Source of the DNA: Azolla caroliniana
Taxonomy: Eukaryota; Plantae; Polypodiophyta
Length of the DNA stretch: 64,000 nt
Reading direction: 5' to 3'
Assembly (NCBI GenBank): GCA_043228905.1
Contig: JBHGNT010000002.1
Coordinates: forward strand, 4,402,001-4,466,000
Shown here: piece after piece, positions 12,601 through 23,921 of the stretch
Layout: every line of letters begins with the position of its first letter
Position numbering within the stretch: the stretch's first letter is position 1
The notes under the pieces: model-generated
Told to the model about the DNA's origin: nothing
What the model saw: only the letters and a program-made list of their open reading frames with translations
The model's database searches: none
Translations under genes and position numbers: made by a program

Positions 12601-13175
12601 ATTTGGAGAGGCTACGCAAGATCCAGATGGATCTCTCTACTCACCTTCGTCATGCTCAACACACACAGAAGACTTATGCGGATCGTCATCGGATTCCCTC
12701 CTCTTTTGCCATCGGAGATCGAGTATGGCTCTTACGTCGTCACATCAAGACTACTCGACCGTGCGACAAGTTGGATTATCGACGACTCGGTCCTTTCCGT
12801 ATTACGGGGAAGATTAATGATGTCACCTTCCGTCTGGATCTCCCTCCGCAACTTCAGATACATCCGGTTTTCCATTGTTCTCTTCTTGAACCTTATAAAG
12901 CAAACACCATTCCCGATCGTGTGACACCACCGCCGCCCCCGTTGGAGTTGGACGCCGGCCCGGAGTATGAAGTTGCTGCCATCCTCGATTCCAAACTTGT
13001 TCGCAACAAACTTTATTACTTGGTCGATTGGCTCGGTTATAGTCCGAGCGAACGTACTTGGGAACCCGTCGAGAATGTTGCCAATGCACAAGATCTTCTT
13101 GCTGATTTCCACCGAAAGTATCCGGACAAACCCGGTCCGCAATTAGCGCCGACTCGTTCCACTCGTCGTCTTTAA
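9603..13175 (+). CDS. pol: Chromovirus Pol: protease, RT, RNaseH, integrase, chromodomain
   Basis: 1190-aa open frame: LLDSGA, YLDDLLI, ADASDFALG, HHCC zinc finger, SDQGPQF..HPQTDG, C-terminal YEVAAILDS..YYLVDWLGY..TWEP. Confidence 0.96.
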   Translation: MSPAKIGAIWLDSSPRSVQPISGSIPSKQVSNVFLAQVIVSTKSTPPVPVLALLDSGANSCFMDRNFAQASQISLRKLPCPASVVVIDGRPIASGNIVEESEPIQVVLGSFVCIISFNIISSPEHPIVLGLPWLELHNPAIDWRTREVRYRPPQESAHRVSTISLHQLREEGPKEAMFLFAISVHPSSTIKKDSSILLPAKYHPYADVFDKVKAGTLPHHRPYDCPIDLQPGTEPPLGPIYNLSPTELEVLRAYIEENLASGFIRHSKSPAGAPIFFVKKKDGSLRLVVDYRGLNKVTIRNRYALPLISSLLERVNGAKFFTKIDLRGAYNLVRIRPGDEWKTAFRTRYGHFEYTVMPFGLTNAPAVFQHMANDIFRDLLDICLIIYLDDLLIYSKTQEEHDSHVLLVLKRLRENGLYVKLEKCSFDCKQVEFLGYVISSKGIAMDPAKIQTVLEWQIPRSVRDVQCFLGFANFYRKFIQDYSKIILPLTQLTKKGQAFLWSIEADMAFRHLKKVFTSAPILAHVDTSKPFIMEADASDFALGSILSQQGDKEELHPVAFHSRKFNVAEINYEIHDKELLAIVDSFVQWRHFLEGSPHQVIVFSDHKNLAYFQNARVLNRRQARWAQFLTRFNFEITYRPGKQQGKADALSRRSYLARRPGDATFDNQKQVILGPTRLHTTRIFHTSMDSRITNDIRATLKTDSFAQDILAHIDTSRASCSQSQQPGIDYRQFEYHDGLLFFKKRVYVPDCSCRLQIVQHCHDTHTAGHFGSTKTLELVQRSFWWPHMRRFVDDYVRTCDACCRAKMPRHHPYGLLEPLPIPSKPWQSICLDFITDLPVSKGFDAILTVIDRYTKMAHFVPCTKAITSEETAALVMCEVFRHHGLPDSIISDQGPQFVSKFWQHLFRMLKVSCNLSSGYHPQTDGHAERTNQTLEQYLRCFLSYQQDDWAEILHFAEFAYNNAIHSSTRVSPFLAYTGFHPRWSVIDTPELPTNPRAEDHLERLRKIQMDLSTHLRHAQHTQKTYADRHRIPSSFAIGDRVWLLRRHIKTTRPCDKLDYRRLGPFRITGKINDVTFRLDLPPQLQIHPVFHCSLLEPYKANTIPDRVTPPPPPLELDAGPEYEVAAILDSKLVRNKLYYLVDWLGYSPSERTWEPVENVANAQDLLADFHRKYPDKPGPQLAPTRSTRRL

Positions 13176-13186
13176 GGGGGAGATAG

Positions 13187-13623
13187 TGTCATGGCAAGAC
13201 TCGAACCCATGACTTTATGCTACATGGGTCGAGCTCTTACCATTAGATTATGAATTGTATTTTGTAGGATATTATTTTCATTTATACTTTATCATATAAA
13301 ATTGATGTATATTCCAGATCTCTCTGGAACATTCTAGAAGCTTCAGGATTATTCCAAAAAACACTATAAAAGGAGGCACAAGGCATTGTTTTGAACCAAA
13401 TTGGTTCAACGCCAGTCTTAAGCCTCTTAGCCGCTTGTACTTATCTTTTCACATAATATATAGCTGCTGTCATCATCTCTCTCTCTCTCATTCTCGCTAT
13501 CTCTCTCTCTCTCCTCTTCTCACTTCCTCTCTCGGGAATCTTACGCAGTCCCGTCCTCTTAGTACTAATAGTACTGCTGTTCTTAGTACTAATTCCATCT
13601 CTGTTTTAGTGCTATTCCTGACA
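13187..13623 (+). repeat. 3' LTR of chromovirus
   Basis: Direct repeat of 7947..8383, followed by TSD AAATC. Confidence 0.95.
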
Positions 13624-16600
13624 AAATCCTTCATGGAAAACTTCAACTGCAATTGCTGAACAAGTTCGGTGAGTTCTTCGGCATAGTGACCTGAGATGAG
13701 CATGTCATCCACGTAGATGGTGAGGAAGATGGGTGATCCATCCCAAGTTGTTTTCGTGAAGAGATAGTGGTCCTCATCGCTTTTTGAGAAGCCGATCGAT
13801 TGGATGAAGTCATCGAACTTCTTGTACCACTGTCGCGGCGCCTATTTTAGGCTGTAAAGACTCTTCCTGAGTCGGCAGACTAGATGTTCTTGGTCGGATA
13901 CCACGAAGCCATTCAACTGCTCCATATAAACTTCCTCCTCAAGACCACCATGGAGGAAAGTGGTTTTGACATCTAGCTGAATTAGCTCCAAATTCTCGAT
14001 GGCCACTACACCGAGCATAAAGCGAAGGGTGGTCATTTTCACCACTGGTGAAAAAATTTCGTCGAAGTCAACACCGTATTCCTATCGAAAACCCTTTGCT
14101 ACTAATCATGCCTTGAATTTCGGGGTGGCTGAATCGGATGTCTCCTTAACTCGATAGAGCCACTTACATAGAAGAGCACGTCAATTCTTCGGTAATTCGA
14201 CCAAGTCCCAAGTGTTGTTTGCACGAATGGACTTCATTTCGGATTCCATTGCTAGATGCCAGGTGGCCGAGTCGAATGATGTTGACGCTTCTTCGTATGA
14301 TGTTGGTTCTCCGGAGTCCATAAAGAAGATACCAAGAGATTATCTCTCCGGGGTTGCGACAATCTCTCAGAGCGTCGAGGTATGATTGGACTGATCTCAT
14401 CGGGTGTCGTGGTTGGATGGTCCAAAGCCGAGTCATTTGGCTATGTTGTGTCTAACACTACCGAGTCGGTGTTAGAGGGTTCAGCTACCCGTGAGGCTGA
14501 CCACATATTGTGAATTGGGCCGTCGTGAAGGGTTCGCACATCTGAGAAAATTACCCGTCGGACTTCAATCGGTTTTTCGACTAATCGATGCATAGTCGAC
14601 TCGTTGAACACGACATCCGAACTTCTGACGATCTATCTGTGCTCGGGGTCCCAAAGTCGGTATCCAATTTCGCCATCTGGTCCATAACTGAGGAAAATTC
14701 ATTTCCTAGACCTTGGTGCAAGTTTGCGACGATCATCTTTTCGGATGAGGGCATGCACCTCGCATCCGAAATTCCTCAGCTTGTCGTAATTCGGCCTACT
14801 ACCAACCCATAATTCCTAAGGGATCCGAAGTCCTAGAGGCCTACTCGGAGACATATTGATTATGTGTACTGCCATAAGTAGGGTCTCTGCCCAGAAGCCA
14901 TTCAACAGTTCGGAGTGTTGGAGCATGGAAACTATCCTTTCTTGAATTGTCTGATTCATTCCCTTAGCAATTCCATTCTGCTCCGGACTATGGGGTGCCG
15001 TAAATTCACGTCTTATTCCGCGTTATCGGCAAAATTTAACGAATTCCTCTGATTTGAACTCTCCCCCGTTATCAGTCCGAAGGCATTTCAGTTTTCGACC
15101 GGACTGGTTTTCAACCATAGTGAGCCAATCAAAGAAGATCGAGAACACTCGATCTTTGGTTTTGATCGGATAAGCCCACAACTTCTGAGTTGAGACGTCA
15201 ATGAAGCTGACAAAGTATGAAGCACCTCCAAGAGACTGATGTGGTATAGGACCACAGATGTCTGAGTGGACCAAATCGAGCGGACTTGATTCCCTCGGGG
15301 CGGATGACGGGTGTGTTGCGGCTGTCTGTTTGCCATATTGGCAATGCTCGCAGAACTGATGATCCGAGAAGGAGAGTTCGGGGATGTATCCGACTCTAGA
15401 TAAGTGCGTGATGCCGGCCTTGCTGAGGTGTCTGAGTCGTCCATGCCATAGTGATGACACAGGGATGTAACCCAAAAAAAGTCACCCTTTCTAAGTGTGA
15501 CGTGCAAAGGATACAATGAGTGTATCTTTGGTCCTCGAACAAGCAGGAGGTTCCCCCTATAGAGCGTCCGTCCTCCTATTGAGAAGCCAATACGAATGCC
15601 GTCTTCATCCAATTGTCCGACTGAGATTAGTGGTTTGGAGAGATCAGGTACATGTCGGACATTGTGTAGTACTAATGTAGAGCTACCCGCAAGGTTGAGC
15701 TCTACCGTGCCGATTCCAATTATGTCGTAGTGTTGCGAATTTCCTACTCGAACTAAGTCGGAATGTCGGGTCGTGTATTGTTAGAATTGGGATCGATGAG
15801 GAGTCACATGAAAGGACACACCCGAATCTAAGAGCCATGTGCTCGATTCTTCAATCGTAAGTAGAACTTTTGATTCGACTGGGTTCTCAATTGATAGTAT
15901 GTTCGGGTCGTTTGATAGTGCTTCGGTTGTAGAGCCGGCGTAGTTGATCTCCTCGTGTCAACCACTCTTCTGATGGGCTTATTGAGCCTTATAGTTTTTG
16001 GCCTTGAGTGCACAGCAATCGGCTTTGATGTGACCGGGTTTCTTGCAGTAGTTGCAGACTCAATTATCCCGAGACTTGCTCCGACTTCGCTGATTGTGCG
16101 GCTGCTGTGAAGAACCTCTTCCACGATTGTTCGATCCGTTGGTCGAACCTTGTACTACGTGAGCGTTGTTGGTTGAATCGTTTGCAAACGATTTTCTTCA
16201 AGTTGCTTTAGTCAGAATTGCACTCGTGACTGAGTACTTGACGGCAGTTGTCGACGCATTGCACACGGTTGTAACGAAAGTTTCCCAAGAAGGAGGGAGA
16301 CTACTCATAAGCAGCATTGCTTTTAGTTCATCTTCGATAGTCTTCCCTGGGGCCGCAATTTGGGAGCTTAAGCTTTCGTACTCATTCAGGTGTGCCTCGA
16401 CCGAGTCAGACTCTTTCATTCGAAGGTTATAAATGTATCCAATGAAGTTGATCAGGTTGCCTTTAGAAATAGAAAAAATAAGGATACCAAGGAAAGTTAT
16501 GGCTCAGATGATGGACCGACTAAATACATCTGGGCCGGTGTCGAGGTAGTTGTGGTTCGTGCGGCGAAGTCGCAAGGACTAAGGTTAAAGGGAGTTGATG

Positions 16601-16997
16601 AAACTTTTATAAGGCTTTGCTCACAAATGTTAGGAAGATTAAGAATAAGAAGAATAAGAGTTTAAAGTAATATGTGAGAGAGAAATGAGCATAGATAGAA
16701 GATAGAGAGAATGTATGATTTAAGAAGAAAGAGTATAAGATATGAACATGATTTATATTAAGAGAACAAGTTTTTACCAACATTACACTGCTTTATAACA
16801 AGATGAACCCTTTCTCGACCGACTTTGGATTTGAACCCTTGACTCGAACTTGGAAACATGAGCCATTTGGCGCACATGCATTGCATGTGATGCATGATAG
16901 CCATCATGCTCATTTGAGCTCCCATGTATGAAAATATATATGGGATAACTATAATGATGGATATAACCTTAAAACAAATAACCTAGCTTAGTGGTGT

Positions 16998-17022
16998 GGG
17001 TGAAAGCATGAGAGTGGAAACA
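16998..17022 (+). repeat. Left TIR
   Basis: Preceded by GTGT (16994-16997); inverted match to 59485-59509. Confidence 0.85.
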
Positions 17023-17361
17023 ATTAGTTATGTCCTTGACATATCTAATTAGCTATGCAAAAAGCTACCATTGATAAATAGTCATTTTAGCAAAAAGCCA
17101 TCATTAATAAATTAACTATGCAAAAAACTACCATTGAAAATACTAGTGTTTTAATTACATATATAAATGAGCACCATAAATGTGCAACATAAACGTGCAA
17201 CATAAATTGATATGTGCACCATAAATGTGTACCATAAATTATATATCGAATTCCAAGGTCCATTATGCATGATCCTTTGCCACATCATGTAGGCCATCTC
17301 TAGTTGAGTATTGTGGGTTAGTTGCTACCACTGTTGCTAAACCCTATCGAGTCCACCTGCC

Positions 17362-17700
17362 GCCACTCTACACTCAGGGGCCGCTATTGTGCGTTCCAAG
17401 AATCATTGGTAACTGTTCAATCTGACAGGGTTCTCTTCTATGTGCCACTCTACACTCAAGGGCCGCTACTGTGCGTTCCAAGCATCATCGGTAACTGTTC
17501 AATCTGACGGGGTTCTCTTCTCTGTGCCACTCTACACTCAGGGGCCGCTACTGTGAAGGTCATGTATTGCTGCCACTTTTTGACCCGATGGCGTTAACAA
17601 CTCCACAGCCGCCATTCTACTCTCAGCTGCCTTCTCTGTGCGTTCCAAGCATCATCGGTAACTGTTCAATCTGACGGGGTTCTCTCCTCCATTGCCATCA
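17362..17700 (+). repeat. 82-bp tandem repeat upstream of the transposase
   Basis: Units begin GCCACTCTACACTCAGGGGCCGC at 17362, 17444 and 17526, with degenerate copies to about 17880. Confidence 0.85.
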
Positions 17701-18809
17701 TTCTACACTCAGTTTCCGCTACTGTCCTGTCCTGGATTGCTTCCACATTTCGATTTGACGGAGTTCACTCATCCAACGGCAACATTCTACACTCAGTTGT
17801 CACCATTGGTCGGTCTTGGATCGCCTCCTCAACTGTTCGATCCAACGGAGTGAACTCCTCTATTGTTCGGTCTTGGATTGCAATAACTTTTCTGTCTATT
17901 GATTATCTTGTGTATTGTTGTGTCTATTCTTCTGTATTGTGGAATATTTTTGTGTATTGTTGTTGCCCATAGCCATCTTAAATACTTGTTTTTCTTTTTG
18001 GAAATTTAGGGTTTTAATATGTCCAGCCAAATGGAAGGGGAAGAAGGGTGTTTAGAATTACCCCTCAATGATCATAAAGATAGGGATGATGCTATCAGGA
18101 CACAACAAGCCATATGAAACTATTGGGCAGAAAAAAAAGGAAACATCGTCAATTGTTGAAGGATACGAAAGCCACACTCAGTAAAGGTAAGGATAGTTTA
18201 GCTGAGAATGTAAGTAATGCGACTACCATCATAGAGAGAAAGGTTGTAGACTATTTCAATGTTCAAACCAAGCACATCAGCAATGAAGAAAAGAAGGTAG
18301 TACTTTATGGAATATTAAATGATCCATCGATAAAGGACTTAGTTGATTGTGATGGTCTTAATGCAAACATATCATCTATTTTAGTAAATAATGTTCGTAA
18401 TAGATTCGTATCCATGAGCAGGTCAGAAGATGATCTTGTCTTAAAAAGGTCTAGTCTAATGATGTTACTTAATAGTGATGTTGACGATATAAACATCAAT
18501 GATCTATCTAAGGTAATTGGTGTTAGTAGAAAAACAATGTACAATACAATGAACTATATAATTTCCTCGGGTGAAGGAACTAGTCTACTAAAGCTAACTA
18601 CAAGATGTAAGCCAATGACACCCATAACATTTGAAATCAAGGATGTAATCACAATGTTTTGGACTAATGAGAGTAGGGTTTCACCCAATAAAAAGGATTT
18701 ATGCAGGAAACGTGTTGGAAGAAATCAATACGAGGAGCATCCCATTCATCTTCTTGATGTACCTCAGGTATTTACATTTATCTCAACAGTTGTTTTGACT
18801 CTACACGGA

Positions 18810-19600
18810 AAGTTAATTAGGTCAGTTAGTAGAAAAGCTAATTAGCTTATCAGTTACATTTACCTCAGTTAGCTACTAGGATAGCTACTACGTAGGTAAC
18901 TGGCTACTCTCAATAGCCACTACCATGATAGCTAATTAACTATTCTCAATAGCTAATTTAGTTATTACCAGATAATTAACTACCAGAATAGCTAATTAGC
19001 TATTAGAATAGGGTTTTAGCTACCATGATAGCTAAATAGCTACTAGAATAGCTAATTAGAATAGGTAATTAGCTAATTAGCTATTAGACTAGGTAATTAG
19101 CTACTATGATAGTTAGCTACTCTAGTTATTACCAACTAATTAGCTACTAGGAAAGCTAATTAGCTACCATGATAGCTAATTAGGTACTAGGACATCTACT
19201 ATGATACCATGATAGCTAATTAGCTACTAGAATAGTTAATTAGCTACTAGGATAGCTAATTTCGTTATTACCAACTAATTAGCTACTAGGAAAGCTAATT
19301 AGCTACCATGATAGCTAATTAGCTACTAGGACAACTATTTAGCTACCATGATAGCTAATTAGCTACTAGGACAGCTATTTAGCCACCATGATAGCTAATT
19401 AGCTACTAGACCCGCTAATTAGCTACTAGAATAGCTAACTAGCTACTAGGACAACTAATTAGCTACCATGATAGCTAATTAGCTACTAGGATAGCTAATT
19501 AGCTACCATGATAGCTAATTAGCTACTAGAACAGCTAGTTAGCTACTAGAATAGCAAATTAGCTACTAGGATAGTTAGCTAGTTACGAGAATAACTAATT
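18810..19600. repeat. Minisatellite of the palindrome TAGCTAATTAGCTA within the transposase intron
   Basis: Dozens of about 21-bp units such as GATAGCTAATTAGCTACTAG / GATAGCTAATTAGCTACCAT. Confidence 0.92.
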
Positions 19601-20556
19601 CCCCTTTATTACGACGATCTATTTATTTATTAGGTTCAAACGAATGCATCCAAATATCAAAGTTCAACTACGAACATTCGAGTCTCTTAAGTCACACTTT
19701 ATGAGACGCTTAAAGGATCGATACACATGTTGTTGCATTTACCATGTACAAATGGGTTTTCTGAAGGACTCTGTTAATCTACTACGTCACCATAGCGCAT
19801 CCCTAACTAATACAGTTTGTACATCAATCTGTCGATCAAGCCCACAAGAGGAGTGTAAATTATTTGAGCACGTTATCTCTTCCATGAATTATTTATTAGA
19901 TTCAATATTGTGTCCGAGAGAAACTGGAGAATTGACTTGTTTTGGATGGTCATTGTATTGCAGTTATTCTAGGTTGGATGGTCATTGTATTGCAGTTAGA
20001 GAATTGACTTGTTTTTGCTTCCATTGTGTGCAGGGAAATTGGAGATATTGTCTAAACAAAGCATACATTCAGAATTGATGGAGAAACAGGGCAGAATGAT
20101 AAGCAAGCAGTTGATGGAGAAACAGGACAGAATACTGACTTCACATATGAGGGACTTGGAGATACTTTGAGTGATGTCCTGAATGTTGGGGATAACTTCG
20201 TTGTAAATGCTGAAGAAGGCAATTTAGAGGGTGCTGATTTCTATATATTGAAGTGCACAGTTAGTAAACAGTGTGCAAGGCAGAATATGATAGGAATACA
20301 CGCTCCCTAAGCACAACGCTCGGCCACAACCGAGTCTAGGATCAAACACAGAAAACGGGTAAGGTACACACGACACAGTGAAGACAAGAGTACACAGTAT
20401 GTTTACGTGGAAAACCCAAACTAGGGAAAAACCACGGTATCCCACAGACTGCAAACTATCACTATATCACAATGTACAATAGTAAAGCACCGAGGCAACA
20501 ACCTCGAGCTTGCTATCTTCGCCACAGACGACGGTTACATCAGAGGCAACGACCTC

Positions 20557-20601
<45 letters not shown>

Positions 20602-23600
20602 ACAGTTACGCACTCAAATCCCTTGCATCAACAAGAATGACAACCACAACTACTAAGTTTGCCCTAAGTCATATTTATACTAATATGAGTTTTCAGCTAT
20701 TTACAAATATAGCTCCCATGGACTCTTAGAAACATATTTACGAATATGTCGCTTCATCCGGTGAGCACTCCTCACCGGGCCTGCATCATCCGGCTCTTGC
20801 CGGGCGCTCGTCATCCAGTTCTCACTGGGCCTTCAAAATCCGGCTCTTGCCGGGCACTCGTCATCCGGTTCTCACCGGGTCTTCCTTGCCGAGTACTCCT
20901 ATCCCATCCGCAGGGATCTGTTTCCTAACAAACTCCCCCTTCACTCCGGCATGGGATGTGTTACTAGTCCGATCCGCTTCCGACATGCATCCAGCTTGTC
21001 GGGTATCAGCACTTTGGTCAGCATATCTGAGCCGTTCTCGGTCGTGTGGATCTTCATCAGTGCGAACTCTCGATCTTCTACTCGCTCCCGGATCCCGTGA
21101 TACCTACGTTGGATATGCTTCGTCCTGGAGTGATACACTGCGTTCTTAGCAAGGTGGATGGCACTTTGACTGTCGCAATAGAGCCGGTATTCCCCTTTCC
21201 GGATACCGAGCTCTCCAATGAAGTCCTTCATCCATAATATTTCCTTGCCAGCTTCCACAACCGCCATGTACTTCGCTTCCGTGGTTGACAACGCAACCGT
21301 CTTCTGCAGCCTCGACTGCCACGAAACAACTCCCCCTGCATATGTCATTACATACCCGAATGTAGACCGACTGGTATCCACATCAGCCGACATATCCAAA
21401 TCGATAAAACCGTCAAGTTGAGGTTTACCGGAGCCGAATCAGAGACACATATTCGAAGTGCCCTTCAAGTATTGGAGTATCCATTTGACCGCGTTCCAGT
21501 GCTCCTTGTAGGGATTCCTCATAAACCGGCTCACCACTCCGACTGCGTATCCTATATCCGGTCGGGTACACACCATTGCATACATTAAGCTCCCGACGGC
21601 ATAGGCATATGGAACCTTCATCATATCAGCCTTCTCTACTTTCATCTTCAGGCTTTGCTTACCGGATAATCTGCAGTTTGCCGGGAGTGTCATTCTGACC
21701 GGTTTCGCTTCTAACATGTTGAACCGTAGAAGCACCTTTGTCACGTATTTCTCCTGTGACAGCCACAATCGCTTTGTTGGCCGGTTCCGGATGATATGCA
21801 TCCCTAGCATCTGTCTTGCCGGACCCAAGTCTTTCATTGCAAAAGTTCGGTTGAGAGCCTTCTTCAGCATCAGTATTTTGACTTGGTCTCGTCCGACGAT
21901 CAACATGTTGTCCACATACAGAAGGAGTATCAGGAAGTCACCTCCTTCGAACTTCTTCATAAACACGCAGTGATCGGCCTACGTCTTGTGGTACCCTTGA
22001 TCGGTCATGAAGGAGTCGAACTTCCGGTACCATTGTCGGGGACCCTGCGTCAGTCCGTACAGGCTCTTCTTCAACCGGCAAACCAGGTGCTCCTTCCCTT
22101 TCTCCACGAATCCTTCCGGTTGCTTCATGTAGATCTCCTCTTCGAGGTCACCGTGAAGGAATGTCGTCTTCACGTCCAGCTGCTCTACCTCGAGGTCCAT
22201 GCTTGCCGCTATACTCAGCACCGTCCGGATGGAGGTCATATTTACTACCGGGGAAAATATCTCGTCGAAGTCCACGCCCTTCTTCTGCTAGAACCCCTTC
22301 ACCACGATCCTAGCTTTGTATCTCGGGGGGTTGCCGGCATCTCCCGATTTCAACATGTACACCCACTTGTTTCGGAGTGCCCGCTTTCCTTTCGACAACT
22401 CCACCAATTCGTACGTATGGTTCTCATGCAGGGAATCCATCTCATCTTGCATGGCACTTAACCATTTGCGGTTGTGGGTGTCTTCCTTCGCTTCTTCGAA
22501 GCTTTCTGGCTCCCCCTCATCGGTCAACAGCACATGCTCTGCATCCAGAAATCTCCAGGGCCCTTCTCTATCTGAGAGGATATCTCCATCCTTGGCTTTC
22601 GGCAACCAGCTCCTCTATTTGTTCTTCATCCAAATCCGATTCGCGATCTTGGCCGGTTCTGATTTCAGCTTCCTCTACTTCTTCTTTTGCCGGTTCGGTA
22701 TCCTCACCGTAATCGGTTGGTTCCTCGAGTGCTAGCCGGTCTCTTGCCGGTTGGGTCTGCTCATCGTAGAATCGATCCTTACCGGTCAACTCGGAGTTCA
22801 TTATTGTAAACGTAAGTGTTTGCGGAAGCGTAAAACAGAGAACAACACACAAAGAGAGTGAGAGAGCGAGAGAGAGAGACAGAGAGAGCAGAACACAACA
22901 TGCACTTCTCTTCCTGAGTGCACAACTCTTCTTCATAGCCGCTTGCTCCGACCTGTTCGGATGTGTCGACTTCCTTCGTCGACTCGGCTTCCTTCATCTT
23001 CTTGTCTCCTCTTCTTCCGGCTCTCCTTTTACCGACGGGTTCAACAGTTTTTTGGCCTTTGCCCGTTTTGGTAGAGTCTTTGCCCTTGCTTCTCCCCCTC
23101 AAGTGCGGCACGTCGAGATGCTGAATACCAAGCATGTCGGTAAAGTGCTGCAACTTGTCCAATCCGAGCAGCTTGGTGAAGATGTCGGCAACTTGCTGAT
23201 CCGTATGAACATACCGTAGGTCAACTTCACCGCTCAGGACCCGCTGTCGTGCCTTTCGGCTCCGGATCGTTTGCGTGAGTCGGGTGGGAACCACTGAGGT
23301 TTTGGACTAGGAGAAAGAAAAATACAAATAAGGCTAGTAAAGAATAGGTATAAAGAGTTATAAGATAAGAATCTCGTGAATCCCACGAGTTTAGTATATT
23401 TAGTCAATATTTAGGTAGCAAGAGAGAATTATTTTCGCAAATTCGTGAATCCCACGAATATTTTAGATTGACTGATCATTATAGAAAAATAATCAACAAA
23501 AACTACAATGTGCTCCCCATCCTTATATAGTGATGGGAGAGACTAAGCATAGCTACATGTTTTTTTCTAATATGTTCATGCACACTAAATGTGCATGTGA

Positions 23601-23795
23601 TGCTTTTCTAATCCTTGCTTTTATTTGCTAAATATAGTGCTCATGCACGCTAGATGTGCATGAGTCACTTTTTAGTTGCTTGCGTTTTTCTATAAAATAT
23701 TCACGCACTCTAAAAATACATGATTTACCTTTTTAATAAAGGTAGGCGCAAATAAAGCACTTATAGTTATTAAATCTATTTATAGAACACTAAAG

Positions 23796-23863
23796 ATAAG
23801 GTAGCATAATGGTAAAGTTGAGGTTTGGCTACGTGGAGGTACAAGGTTCGAATCTTGCCCTAT
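23796..23863 (+). promoter_or_regulatory. tRNA-like Pol III type-2 promoter inside LTR (antisense to the element)
   Basis: A box TAGCATAATGG at 23802-23812 and B box GGTTCGAATC at 23845-23854, with tRNA-like spacing. Confidence 0.7.
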
Positions 23864-23921
23864 GCACGTGATAAATATCTTGATTATTCTTATTTTATTT
23901 ATTTATATGTAATTAAATCGG

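Larger units (their letters stand above)
7947..13623 (+). mobile_element. Full-length Gypsy chromovirus (Tcn1-like)
   Basis: 437-bp LTRs at 7947..8383 and 13187..13623 (3 mismatches seen), TSD AAATC, PPT AAGGGGGAGATAG, pol order PR-RT-RH-INT-chromodomain. Confidence 0.96.
6569..16460 (-). mobile_element. Degenerate Copia element (5'-truncated), split by the chromovirus insertion
   Basis: Minus-strand fragments: gag (SLPPSWETFVTTV), GAG-pre-integrase/INT (LWHGRLRHLS..HSDICGP..RTDNGGEF), RT (LDVKTTFLHG), RNaseH. Putative 3' LTR about 6569..6901, followed by the PPT complement CTCCCCC. Left boundary approximate. Confidence 0.8.

Noticed and set aside
18810-19600. Palindromic repeat array as a CRISPR array or centromeric satellite
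   Set aside because: No spacers, short degenerate units, and confined within one TIR element.
23245-23320. Hammerhead ribozyme (retrozyme) in the LTR
   Set aside because: I could not find the CUGANGA...GAAA core with its flanking helices on either strand.
23796-23863. Functional tRNA gene
   Set aside because: A/B boxes are present but the anticodon and acceptor stems do not pair properly; reported as a tRNA-like promoter only.
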